Source of the DNA: Mycobacterium tuberculosis H37Rv
GTDB lineage: Bacteria; Actinomycetota; Actinomycetes; Mycobacteriales; Mycobacteriaceae
Length of the DNA: 32,000 bases
Assembly (NCBI RefSeq): GCF_000195955.2
Contig: NC_000962.3
Span: 690,001-722,000, forward strand
Reading direction: 5' to 3'
Part shown: positions 1 to 8,523 of the stretch, piece by piece
Numbering within the stretch: position 1 is the first letter of the stretch
How the letters are laid out: every line of letters begins with the position of its first letter
Made by a program: the position numbers and the translations under genes
Notes under the pieces: model-generated
Databases searched by the model: none
What the model saw: only the letters and a program-made list of their open reading frames with translations
Told to the model about the DNA's origin: nothing

Positions 1-504
1 CAGATTCTTCAGCCCTGGGTTGACGCGGCGTTCAAAAAGCGGGGCATCGACCCGGAGAACTTCTGGCGCAGTGCGGGTCTGCCGGAATTCCGCTGGCCCG
101 ACCCCAACGGCACCCGGTTCCCCAACGGCGCGCCGCCGGCGGCGCCACCGGTGCGGGAGGGTACACCCAAGCATCCGGGACCGGCCGTCCCGCCGGGAAC
201 GCCGTGCTCCTACACACCGGCGGCGGGCGCGTTGCCACGGCCCGACACCCCACTACCCTGCGCGGGCGCCACCGTTGGCCCGTTCGGTGGACCCGACTTC
301 CCGGCACCGCTCGATGTCCAGCCGTCGCCGCCTAATCCCGATGGGCCGCCGCCGACGCCGGGCATCCTAAGTGCTGGGCGGCCGGGCGAGCCGGCTCCGG
401 CTGTTCCGGGCATACCGATGCCGCTGCCGCCGAACGCGCCGCCGGGTGCACGCACCCAACCGCTTGAGCCGTTTCCTGACGGGACGGGAGGTAGCAACCA
501 ATGA
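1..504 (+). CDS. mce2C: Mce-family protein Mce2C, C-terminal part (5' end upstream of window)
   Basis: Frame 1 is open from base 1 to TGA 502-504. The Pro-rich tail (PPTPGILSAGRPGEPAPAVPGIPMPLPPNAPPG) is typical of Mce C-termini. The stop overlaps the next start (ATGA 501-504). Position is upstream of mce2D-F. Confidence 0.8.
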   Translation, partial: QILQPWVDAAFKKRGIDPENFWRSAGLPEFRWPDPNGTRFPNGAPPAAPPVREGTPKHPGPAVPPGTPCSYTPAAGALPRPDTPLPCAGATVGPFGGPDFPAPLDVQPSPPNPDGPPPTPGILSAGRPGEPAPAVPGIPMPLPPNAPPGARTQPLEPFPDGTGGSNQ

Positions 505-2027
505 GCACCATCTTCGACATCCGCAGCCTGCGACTGCCGAAACTGTCTGCAAAGGTAGTGGTCGTCGGCGGGTTGGTGGTGGTCTTGGCGGTCGTGGCCG
601 CTGCGGCCGGCGCGCGGCTCTACCGGAAACTGACTACCACTACCGTGGTCGCGTATTTCTCTGAGGCGCTCGCGCTGTACCCAGGAGACAAAGTCCAGAT
701 CATGGGTGTGCGGGTCGGTTCTATCGACAAGATCGAGCCGGCCGGCGACAAGATGCGAGTCACGTTGCACTACAGCAACAAATACCAGGTGCCGGCCACG
801 GCTACCGCGTCGATCCTCAACCCCAGCCTGGTGGCCTCGCGCACCATCCAGCTGTCACCGCCGTACACCGGCGGCCCGGTCTTGCAAGACGGCGCGGTGA
901 TCCCAATCGAGCGCACCCAGGTGCCCGTCGAGTGGGATCAGTTGCGCGATTCCATCAATGGGATCCTCCGCCAGCTCGGCCCGACGGAGCGGCAGCCGAA
1001 GGGGCCGTTCGGCGACCTCATCGAATCGGCCGCGGACAACCTGGCCGGCAAGGGCAGGCAGCTCAACGAAACGCTGAACAGTTTGTCGCAGGCGTTGACC
1101 GCGCTGAACGAGGGCCGGGGAGACTTCGTTGCGATCACGCGAAGCCTGGCGCTATTTGTCAGCGCGCTCTACCAGAATGATCAACAGTTCGTTGCGCTCA
1201 ACGAAAACCTTGCCGAGTTCACCGACTGGTTCACCAAATCCGACCATGACTTGGCCGACACGGTGGAACGGATCGACGACGTTCTCGGCACCGTCCGAAA
1301 GTTCGTGAGCGACAACAGATCCGTGCTGGCTGCCGATGTCAACAACCTCGCCGACGCGACCACTACACTAGTGCAACCCGAGCCGCGGGACGGTCTGGAA
1401 ACCGCGTTGCACGTGTTGCCGACCTACGCCAGCAACTTCAACAACCTTTACTATCCACTGCACAGCTCTCTGGTGGGCCAGTTCGTGTTCCCCAACTTCG
1501 CGAACCCAATTCAGCTCATTTGCAGCGCTATTCAGGCCGGCAGCCGACTCGGCTATCAGGAATCCGCCGAGCTGTGCGCGCAGTACTTGGCACCGGTTCT
1601 GGACGCTCTCAAGTTCAATTACTTGCCGTTCGGCTCAAACCCGTTCAGTTCGGCGGCCACTTTGCCCAAGGAGGTGGCTTACTCCGAGGAGCGGCTCCGC
1701 CCGCCGCCCGGGTACAAGGACACCACTGTCCCAGGGATCTTCTCGCGGGACACACCGTTTTCACACGGCAACCATGAACCGGGCTGGGTCGTTGCGCCCG
1801 GGATGCAGGGTATGCAGGTTCAGCCGTTTACCGCGAACATGCTCACCCCGGAATCGCTGGCAGAGCTGCTGGGTGGTCCGGATATTGCCCCCCCGCCGCC
1901 GGGAACCAACTTGCCCGGACCGCCGAATGCGTATGACGAGTCCAATCCGTTGCCGCCGCCGTGGTACCCGCAGCCCGCGTCCCTCCCGGCTGCGGGCGCC
2001 ACAGGACAGCCAGGCCCGGGCCAGTGA
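501..2027 (+). CDS. mce2D: Mce-family protein Mce2D (508 aa)
   Basis: Full ORF in the track. N-terminal TM (VVVVGGLVVVLAVVAAAAGA), MCE/MlaD-type domain (YFSEALALYPGDKVQIMGVRVGSIDKIEP) and a Pro-rich C-terminus. Translationally coupled on both sides. Confidence 0.93.
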   Translation: MSTIFDIRSLRLPKLSAKVVVVGGLVVVLAVVAAAAGARLYRKLTTTTVVAYFSEALALYPGDKVQIMGVRVGSIDKIEPAGDKMRVTLHYSNKYQVPATATASILNPSLVASRTIQLSPPYTGGPVLQDGAVIPIERTQVPVEWDQLRDSINGILRQLGPTERQPKGPFGDLIESAADNLAGKGRQLNETLNSLSQALTALNEGRGDFVAITRSLALFVSALYQNDQQFVALNENLAEFTDWFTKSDHDLADTVERIDDVLGTVRKFVSDNRSVLAADVNNLADATTTLVQPEPRDGLETALHVLPTYASNFNNLYYPLHSSLVGQFVFPNFANPIQLICSAIQAGSRLGYQESAELCAQYLAPVLDALKFNYLPFGSNPFSSAATLPKEVAYSEERLRPPPGYKDTTVPGIFSRDTPFSHGNHEPGWVVAPGMQGMQVQPFTANMLTPESLAELLGGPDIAPPPPGTNLPGPPNAYDESNPLPPPWYPQPASLPAAGATGQPGPGQ

Positions 2028-3232
2028 GGTGCGGCGTGAGCGCGGGTAGCGCGAACGGCAAGCCGAACCGTTGGACCCTGAGGTGCGGCGTGAGCGCGGG
2101 TCACCGTGGATCGGTGTTCTTGCTGGCGGTCTTGCTGGCCCCGGTGGTTTTGACTTCGTGTACCTGGCGTGGCATCGCCAATGTGCCGCTGCCGGTCGGC
2201 CGGGGTATGGGTCCGGATCGCATGACGATCTACGTGCAGATGCCTGACACGCTGGCGCTGAACACTAACAGCCGGGTCAGGGTTGCCGACGTCTGGGTCG
2301 GTACGGTGCGTGACATCAGCCTGAGGAACTGGATCGCGACCCTGACGCTGGAGCTCGAGCCGACCGTGCGGCTACCGGCAAATGCGACCGCGAAGATCGG
2401 CCAGACCAGCCTGTTAGGCACACAACATGTCGAGCTGGCCGCACCGCCAATCCCGTCACCGCAGCCGCTGAAAAGCGGCGACACCATCGGCCTGAAGAAC
2501 TCCTCGGCCTACCCTACCGTCGAACGGACCTTGGCCAGCGTCGCGTTGATCCTCACCGGCGGCGGCATCGTCAACCTCGACGTGATTCAAACCGAGATCC
2601 TCAACATCCTTGACGGCCATGCCGGTCAGATTCGCGAATTCCTCGAGCGGCTAGCCACTTTCACCGCCGAGCTGAACAACCAACGCGGCGATCTGACTCG
2701 CGCAATCGACTCAACCAACCAACTCCTGACCATCATCGCCAACCGCAACGACACGCTGGATCGGGTGCTCACTGACGTCCCACCGCTGATCGAGCATTTC
2801 GCCGACACCGGTCAGCTGTTCGCTGACGCCACCGAATCCTTGGGGCGGTTCAGCGAAGTCGCCAACCGGGCGCTGGCGGCTACCCGGCCTAACCTTCACC
2901 AGACGCTGCAGTCGTTGCAGCGGCCGTTAAGGCAATTGGAACGGGCTTCGCCGTATGTGGTCGGCGCGTTGAAGCTAGGCCTCACCGCTCCGTTCAACAT
3001 CGACGAGGTGCCAAACGTTATCCGCGGCGACTACGTCAACGTGTCCGCGACGTTCGACGTGACGCTTTCTGCACTCGACAACGCACTGCTGAGCGGAACG
3101 GGCATCTCGGGAATGTTGCGTGCGCTCGAGCAGGCGTGGGGACGGGATCCGGACACCATGATCCCGGATGTCCGCTACACGCCGAACCCGAATGACGCGC
3201 CGGGCGGACCGCTGGTGGAAAGGGCTGAGTGA
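2024..3232 (+). CDS. lprL: Mce-family lipoprotein LprL / Mce2E (402 aa from GTG 2024)
   Basis: GTG 2024 overlaps the mce2D stop (GTGA). Lipobox LTSC follows a hydrophobic stretch (VFLLAVLLAPVVLTSC), then an Mce domain (MTIYVQMPDTLALNTNSRVRVADVWVGTV). In-frame alternative GTG starts at 2036 and 2090. Confidence 0.88.
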   Translation: MRCGVSAGSANGKPNRWTLRCGVSAGHRGSVFLLAVLLAPVVLTSCTWRGIANVPLPVGRGMGPDRMTIYVQMPDTLALNTNSRVRVADVWVGTVRDISLRNWIATLTLELEPTVRLPANATAKIGQTSLLGTQHVELAAPPIPSPQPLKSGDTIGLKNSSAYPTVERTLASVALILTGGGIVNLDVIQTEILNILDGHAGQIREFLERLATFTAELNNQRGDLTRAIDSTNQLLTIIANRNDTLDRVLTDVPPLIEHFADTGQLFADATESLGRFSEVANRALAATRPNLHQTLQSLQRPLRQLERASPYVVGALKLGLTAPFNIDEVPNVIRGDYVNVSATFDVTLSALDNALLSGTGISGMLRALEQAWGRDPDTMIPDVRYTPNPNDAPGGPLVERAE

Positions 3233-3236
3233 GGAG

Positions 3237-4787
3237 ATGCTGACTCGCGCTATCAAGACCCAGCTGGTGTTGTTGACGGTGTTGGCGGTCATCGCGGTGG
3301 TGGTCCTTGGTTGGTATTTCCTGCGGATACCCAGCCTGGTCGGCATCGGTCGATACACGCTTTATGCCGAATTGCCTCGGTCCGGGGGTCTATACCGAAC
3401 AGCCAACGTCACATATCGGGGCATCACCATAGGGAAGGTCACCGGCGTCGAACCAACCGAGCGGGGCGCGCGAGCAACCATGAGCATCGACAATGGCTAC
3501 CAGATCCCCACCGACGCCTCGGCCAATGTGCACTCAGTGTCGGCGGTCGGCGAGCAGTTCGTTGACCTGGTGTCGACCCGCACCAGCGGTCCGTATCTGC
3601 GGCATGGGCAGACGATCACCACGACTACGGTCCCCAGCCAGATTGGCCCGGCGCTGGACGCCGCCAACCGTGGATTGGCAGTGCTGCCCAAAGACCGGGT
3701 CGCGTCGGTGCTGCACGAGGCGTCGGAGGCCGTGGGCGGGCTGGGATCCTCACTGAATCGCCTCATCGAAGCCACCCAGGCAATCGCCCACGATGTCAGG
3801 GGCAGCCTCGAGGACATCGACGACATCATCGAGCGTTCGGCGCCTATCATCGATAGCCAGGTCAATTCCGGCAACGAGATCGCCCGCTGGGCCGCCAACC
3901 TCAACACGCTGGCCGCTCAGACCGCGCAGACCGATCCGGCGGTGCGAAGCATTCTGGCCAACGCGGCACCGACTGCCGATCAGGTCAACGCCACGTTCAG
4001 CGACGTGCGGGAGTCGTTGCCGCAGACGCTGGCCAATCTCGAGGTCGTAATCGATATGCTCAAGCGCTACCACAACGGCGTCGAGCAGGCGTTGGTGTTC
4101 TTGCCGCAGTCCGGCGCGATCGCCCAGTCGGTTACTACAGAGTTCCCCGGCCAGGCCGGACTGGGTGTCGGCGGCCTGGCGCTCAACCAACCACCGCCGT
4201 GCCTGACCGGCTTCCTGCCGGCGTCGGAGTGGCGGTCACCTGCTGACACCAGCACCGCACCGCTACCCAAGGGCACCTACTGCAGGATTCCGATGGACGC
4301 GAGCAATGTGGTTCGTGGAGCACGCAACAACCCGTGTGTAGACGTGCCCGGCAAGCGGGCGGCGACCCCGCGGGAATGCCGCAGCAATGAAGCTTATGTG
4401 CCCGGGGGCACCAATCCCTGGTATGGGGACCCCAACCAGATGCTCAGCTGTCCCGCGCCGGCCGCGCGTTGTGACCAGCCGGTGAAGCCAGGCCAGGTGA
4501 TCCCGGCGCCGTCAGTTAACAATGGCATCAACCCGCTGCCCGCCGATCAGCTGCCAGGCACACCTCCACCGGTCAACGATCCTTTGCAGCGACCTGGGTC
4601 AGGCACCGTCCAGTGCAATGGGCAACAACCCAACCCGTGCGTCTACACCCCGAGCACATTTCCTACAACCATTTACGACGTGCAGAGCGGCAAAGTCGTA
4701 GCACCCGACGGTGTGGTGTATTCCGTTGAGGCTTCGACTCATGCCGGAGCCGACGGATGGAAGGTGATGCTGGCACCAACCGGCTGA
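3237..4787 (+). CDS. mce2F: Mce-family protein Mce2F (516 aa)
   Basis: ATG 3237 is directly preceded by GAGGAG (3231-3236). N-terminal TM (LVLLTVLAVIAVVVLGWYF), Mce domain (YTLYAELPRSGGLYRTANVTYRGITIGKV) and a Cys/Pro-rich C-terminus. Last gene of the operon. Confidence 0.9.
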   Translation: MLTRAIKTQLVLLTVLAVIAVVVLGWYFLRIPSLVGIGRYTLYAELPRSGGLYRTANVTYRGITIGKVTGVEPTERGARATMSIDNGYQIPTDASANVHSVSAVGEQFVDLVSTRTSGPYLRHGQTITTTTVPSQIGPALDAANRGLAVLPKDRVASVLHEASEAVGGLGSSLNRLIEATQAIAHDVRGSLEDIDDIIERSAPIIDSQVNSGNEIARWAANLNTLAAQTAQTDPAVRSILANAAPTADQVNATFSDVRESLPQTLANLEVVIDMLKRYHNGVEQALVFLPQSGAIAQSVTTEFPGQAGLGVGGLALNQPPPCLTGFLPASEWRSPADTSTAPLPKGTYCRIPMDASNVVRGARNNPCVDVPGKRAATPRECRSNEAYVPGGTNPWYGDPNQMLSCPAPAARCDQPVKPGQVIPAPSVNNGINPLPADQLPGTPPPVNDPLQRPGSGTVQCNGQQPNPCVYTPSTFPTTIYDVQSGKVVAPDGVVYSVEASTHAGADGWKVMLAPTG

Positions 4788-4838
4788 GCCGGCGCGATCA
4801 GGTACCGGCGGATTCGCGCTGGTCAAGAAAGGCAACCG

Positions 4839-5231
4839 TCAGATCGTTATGACCTCGACGTCGGGCATGGCGGCGTAGTCGTTGTCTTGGGTCAGGATCG
4901 CAATGCCGTGCGCCACGGCTGTGGCCGCAATCCAGCTGTCGTTGATCGGCACGCGCAGTTTGGCGGCGCGCAGCTTGGACACCAGTAATGCCCATGCTTC
5001 GGAGACCGCCTCGTCGATGCCTAGTGGTTCGAACCGTTGCGCAAGCTGGTAGGTGGAGAGCCGACGTGCGGCGGCCTCGGGGCCGGAGGCTTGCAACACC
5101 CCGAGCCGCAGCTCGCCGAGTGTGACTACCGAGACGCCCCATTCGTATCCCGCAAACCGGTCCGGGTCGAATCGTGTCGCCTCGATGCCAATGAAAACGG
5201 ATGTGTCGGCGAGGGCGCGCCGTACGTTCAC
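4839..5231 (-). CDS. vapC4: PIN-domain toxin VapC4 (130 aa from GTG 5231)
   Basis: PIN hallmarks (ADTSVFIGIE, INDSWIAATA, LTQDNDY). GTG 5231 overlaps the vapB4 stop (GTGA). Paralogous to VapC5 in this window. Confidence 0.9.
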   Translation of the reverse strand: MNVRRALADTSVFIGIEATRFDPDRFAGYEWGVSVVTLGELRLGVLQASGPEAAARRLSTYQLAQRFEPLGIDEAVSEAWALLVSKLRAAKLRVPINDSWIAATAVAHGIAILTQDNDYAAMPDVEVITI

Positions 5232-5485
5232 CACCGCACATCGTCCGTGGTTTGCGTCAGCGTCTCTCGCAGCTCCTCGCCCAGATTGGTGGTATCGGGG
5301 CCCAAGCGCACCAGTTCGCCGATCACCTCGGCAGCTGGCAACCATTGGCGGCGCCGCTTGAGCGGAACGATGCGCGCTACGGGGCGATTGTCCTTGAGCA
5401 CCTCGATTTCCTCGCCGGCGGCAACTCGCCGCAGTACCTCGGCGGTGTGGTTGCGAAGATCGCGAGCGGGTATCGTAGCAGACAT
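5228..5485 (-). CDS. vapB4: Phd/YefM-type antitoxin VapB4 (85 aa)
   Basis: MSATIPARDLRNHTAEVLRRVAAGEEIEV is a Phd/YefM-like N-terminus. Coupled to vapC4 and paralogous to VapB5. Confidence 0.9.
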   Translation of the reverse strand: MSATIPARDLRNHTAEVLRRVAAGEEIEVLKDNRPVARIVPLKRRRQWLPAAEVIGELVRLGPDTTNLGEELRETLTQTTDDVRW

Positions 5486-5499
5486 GCTACGAGTGTAGC
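5486..5499 (-). promoter_or_regulatory. vapB4 leaderless-type promoter and operator candidate
   Basis: Minus strand reads GCTACACTCGTAGC then ATG. TACACT (5497-5492) fits TANNNT, with a 6-nt spacer to the A of ATG 5485. GCTAC/GTAGC form 5-bp inverted arms. Confidence 0.45.
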
Positions 5500-5667
5500 G
5501 GAGCTGCTGTCGCGCCGCCTCGTCTCGATGTCTGCGGTCACGATCTCCGCAGGTTACGGCCGCTGCTGTGCCCGCAGTCGCCCGCGATGGTGGGCCCGTC
5601 GGGGTAGATTGCGAGCGCGCCCGGACGGAGGCCGCCGATGCCGAAGTGCCGTGATTTGTTCGAAGAG

Positions 5668-6903
5668 TTAGCCGGCCCAGAGCGTGCTAACGGGTAACGC
5701 CGCGAGCGTTGGGCCGAACGGGGTGGCTTCCGGCGCGGCGGTGAGCAGCACGCCGAACTGAAATCGATCATCGAGCCGCTCGGCCAGATAACGTAGGCCA
5801 CGCAGGTCCTCGGCTCGCGGCGTGCTGGTCGCCTTGACCTCGATGCCGCAGACCCGACCATCGGGATGTTCGAGCACCAGATCGACCTCGGCGCCGCCGC
5901 GGTCGCGAAAATGCCACAGACTCGGCCGTTCGGTCGACCAGGTGAGCTGTTTGCGAATCTCGTTCGCCACGAAAGTCTCCAGTAGCGGGCCGAGTGGACG
6001 GCCGGGGCGATCCAGCGTCGCACCGGTAACGCCGAGCAGGTGACACGCCAGGCCACTGTCCGAGACCACCAGTTTCGGTCGGCGAATCACCTTGCGGCTC
6101 AGGTTGGTCGACCAGGCCGGCACCCGGTGGATAAGGAACGCCGCTTCCAGCAGGGCCAGATAGCCAGCGGTGGTGCGAGCCGGGATCGACAGGTCGTTCG
6201 CCAGTGCGCTCACGTTGAGCTCGGCGCCGGTACGCGCGGCGCAGAGCCGAAGCACACGCGGCATTTCGGCAAGCCGCTCGATCGGCGAAATCTCGCGGAT
6301 CACCGACTGCGTCGCCGTCGTGAGATAGTTGTCGAACCACGCGCGACGCCTCGACGGCGATCGGGCGACGATGTCCGGGAAGCCTCCGGTGGCGATCCTG
6401 TCGACCAGATCGGCGCGGCGCATATCGGAGCCGTGGATCAGCTCGCGTGGTGCGGTGAACAGCGCATCGACGAAACCGTCCGCGATTCCGGCCCGCTCAC
6501 CTTGCGAGAACGGCCAGAGTTCGATGATTTCGACCCGCCCGACGAGCGCGTCGGCCATGTCAGGAGCCGAGAGCAGCCTCGCTGAACCCGTGAGCAGGAA
6601 CCTGCCCGGCCTGCGATCCCGGTCGACCTCTGCCTTGATCGCCCGAAACAGCCCCGGCTCGAGCTGGGCTTCGTCGATGACGAGCGTGTCCACCGGCCGG
6701 GATACGAATGCGCGGGGATCGTCGCGGGCGGCGTCGCGGTTGGCGACGTCGTCAAGCGAGACGACTTCGCTGGATCCCGGATAGTCAAGTCGCGCGACCA
6801 GTGTTGTTTTGCCGACCTGACGCGCGCCGTTGACAACGACGACCGGGGTGTCGGCGAGCGCGGCCAGCACCGAGGGCGCGATCGCGCGTTCGACGACTCC
6901 CAT
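5668..6903 (-). CDS. AAA-type ATPase with C-terminal DUF4143 / PD-(D/E)xK-like module (411 aa; Rv0597c-like)
   Basis: Walker A NGARQVGKTT, Walker B-like DTLVIDEAQ, and C-terminal AEVDLVLEHPDGRVCGIEVKAT (D...E-x-K nuclease-like pattern). Architecture of the AAA_14 + DUF4143 family. Confidence 0.88.
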   Translation of the reverse strand: MGVVERAIAPSVLAALADTPVVVVNGARQVGKTTLVARLDYPGSSEVVSLDDVANRDAARDDPRAFVSRPVDTLVIDEAQLEPGLFRAIKAEVDRDRRPGRFLLTGSARLLSAPDMADALVGRVEIIELWPFSQGERAGIADGFVDALFTAPRELIHGSDMRRADLVDRIATGGFPDIVARSPSRRRAWFDNYLTTATQSVIREISPIERLAEMPRVLRLCAARTGAELNVSALANDLSIPARTTAGYLALLEAAFLIHRVPAWSTNLSRKVIRRPKLVVSDSGLACHLLGVTGATLDRPGRPLGPLLETFVANEIRKQLTWSTERPSLWHFRDRGGAEVDLVLEHPDGRVCGIEVKATSTPRAEDLRGLRYLAERLDDRFQFGVLLTAAPEATPFGPTLAALPVSTLWAG

Positions 6904-6915
6904 GCGGACAGAATA
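6904..6915 (-). promoter_or_regulatory. Rv0597c-like gene -10 box, leaderless geometry
   Basis: Minus strand reads GTATTCTGTCCGC then ATG (6903). TATTCT (6915-6910) fits TANNNT with a 6-nt spacer. No SD is present. Confidence 0.45.
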
Positions 6916-6916
6916 C

Positions 6917-7008
6917 GCTGCCGATTTGTCTACCTATTGGCTGCCGATTCGTCCCCATTAGCGGTGCGGATTAGTCCACATCATCGCTGCGGATCCGTCC
7001 GACGGCGG
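6917..7008. repeat. Four tandem 23-bp repeats (core GCTGCSGATYNGTCC)
   Basis: R1 6917-6939 GCTGCCGATTTGTCTACCTATTG. R2 6940-6962 GCTGCCGATTCGTCCCCATTAGC. R3 6963-6985 GGTGCGGATTAGTCCACATCATC. R4 6986-7008 GCTGCGGATCCGTCCGACGGCGG. Ten of the first 15 positions are invariant. Confidence 0.7.
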
Positions 7009-7010
7009 CC

Positions 7011-7150
7011 CTGAGCCACGTGGCCGACGAAGAACGCTCGGAGGCGCTGCTGCGGGAGCGCTCGCTGCACTACGTGGCCAGTAGCCGGGCGGGGGACATG
7101 TTGGTGGTGACCTGGAGCGGACAGCGGTCGGAGTTGTTGAGTCAGCTGAA
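7011..7150 (+). pseudogene. Possible relic of an SF1 (UvrD/RecD-like) helicase C-terminus
   Basis: Frame opens after TAG 6972-6974 and has no start codon. It reads LSHVADEERSEALLRERSLHYVASSRAGDMLVVTWSGQRSELLSQL. ER-x-L-x-YVA-x-SRA-x-D-x-L-V resembles helicase motif VI and its flank. Confidence 0.3.
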
Positions 7151-7153
7151 GAT

Positions 7154-7567
7154 TCACGCGGCGACAACGACGTGGACGCCGATCTTTTCGTAAGTGTCCT
7201 TGGCTCGAGCATCGCGTGTGGCGAGTTCAGCCCGGTGCTCGGCGGCGGCAAGGGCCACGAGAGCGTCATAGACCGCGCCACCAGTGATCTCGAATTGGGC
7301 CAGCACGCGTGGGAGATGTTCAGTGGTGCGGGAACTCAACAACAGCGGTGCCGCAAAGCGTTCGGTAAGAAGCCGCGCGGCGTCCATCGGTGCCAGTCGT
7401 AGGTCACGCGGCAGGCGGGTCAGCACGGAGTAGGTTTCGGCCAGGGCGTGCCCGCACAGCGCGGCCTCCCGATGTGCCCACCAGGCGACAACCGCCGCAT
7501 GCGCGGTATGGGTCCGTACCAGCAACGGAATCGCGACGCTGGTGTCCACTGCCAGCGGCGGTTTCAC
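7154..7567 (-). CDS. vapC27: PIN-domain toxin VapC27 (137 aa)
   Basis: [16 protein letters not shown] plus C-terminal [16 protein letters not shown]...LATRD are PIN residues. Start overlaps the vapB27 stop by 4 nt. Confidence 0.9.
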
Positions 7568-7800
7568 TTCCGGCCGCTATCGATAAGGCCGAACACGACC
7601 TCATCGTCGATCGTGGTCTCACCGGTGGCCACCAGTACGCCATTCTCCTCTTCGAGACGCGCTGTTCGTCCGGTGGGAATCAGGTGGAGACCAGCGCCAT
7701 AGCGGGATATTTCCACGGTGGACCCCGGTTGCAGCCCCAAGGCTTCGCGCAGCGGTTTGGGTACGACGATGCGGCCAGCCGCATCCACAACAGCCTTCAT
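7564..7800 (-). CDS. vapB27: AbrB/SpoVT-type antitoxin VapB27 (78 aa from ATG 7800)
   Basis: [31 protein letters not shown] is a SpoVT/AbrB fold signature. ATG 7800 is favoured over 7827 because TATCGT lies 6 nt upstream. Confidence 0.85.
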
Positions 7801-7812
7801 GGGAATACGATA
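7801..7812 (-). promoter_or_regulatory. vapB27 -10 box, leaderless geometry
   Basis: Minus strand reads TATCGTATTCCC then ATG 7800. TATCGT fits TANNNT with a 6-nt spacer. Confidence 0.4.
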
Positions 7813-7903
7813 CCAATGGCTTCCCACTCAGGTGCGGAAGTCGACTCACCGCCGTTACCACGACCCCGACGACCACACCGTCAGCTGCGGCGCGGCGTGG
7901 CGA

Positions 7904-8410
7904 CTATTGGTCGCTAGTGTCGTGCTCCCGATTCGGGTCCTTTGTATCTGATGACGTGATCCGCGGAAGCTCCTCGTGGAAGGGCGGCCGCGGTGTGGGG
8001 AGGGTGATGCGGAGTTCGGCCCCGCCGTCGGGGTGGTTGGTGGCGTTGGCATGTCCGCCGTGGGTGGTGGTGAGGGCGGCGACGATGGCCAGGCCGAGGC
8101 CGCTGCCGCGACCGCCGCGGGCGGTGTCGGCGCGGGTGAATCGGTCGAAGGCGACGGGAAGAAAGTGGTCGGCGAATCCGGGGCCGTGGTCGCGGACGCC
8201 GATGTCGACTGCACCGTCGCGGGCGTGCGCGGTGACAGCGATTTCACCGTCCCCGTGGGTGATGGCGTTGTCGAGCACGGCGGTGAGGATTCGGCGCAGG
8301 TGGTCCGGATCGATCGAGACGAACAGGTCCGGTTCCGCGCGTGTGGTGATGTCCGCTCCAGTAGCGGCGAAGCGGGCCACGCTCTCGTGCAGCAGGGGAG
8401 TGATCGGCAC
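7904..8410 (-). CDS. Histidine kinase fragment, HATPase_c half (Rv0600c-like, 168 aa from GTG 8410; homology in this frame extends to ~8549)
   Basis: N box LRRILTAVLDNAITHG, G1 VRDHGPGF, G2 GGRGSGLGLAIV. In the same frame, RRPRPADQLSAALRSALEETRRLSGLADQLLTLARAD continues the HisKA helix upstream. Confidence 0.85.
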   Translation of the reverse strand: MPITPLLHESVARFAATGADITTRAEPDLFVSIDPDHLRRILTAVLDNAITHGDGEIAVTAHARDGAVDIGVRDHGPGFADHFLPVAFDRFTRADTARGGRGSGLGLAIVAALTTTHGGHANATNHPDGGAELRITLPTPRPPFHEELPRITSSDTKDPNREHDTSDQ

Positions 8411-8523
8411 CGCTTTGGCGGAGGGGTGGGATTCGGGGCGGTCGGCGCGGGCCAGGGTGAGCAGTTGGTCGGCCAGTCCGCTGAGCCGGCGGGTTTCTTC
8501 GAGCGCGGAGCGCAGGGCGGCGC

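Noticed and set aside
5530-5552. Hairpin CTGCGG-N9-CCGCAG downstream of the Rv0597c-like gene as its terminator
   Set aside because: The stem is only 6 bp, it lies 116 nt from the stop and has no U-tract. Such stems are frequent by chance at this GC content.
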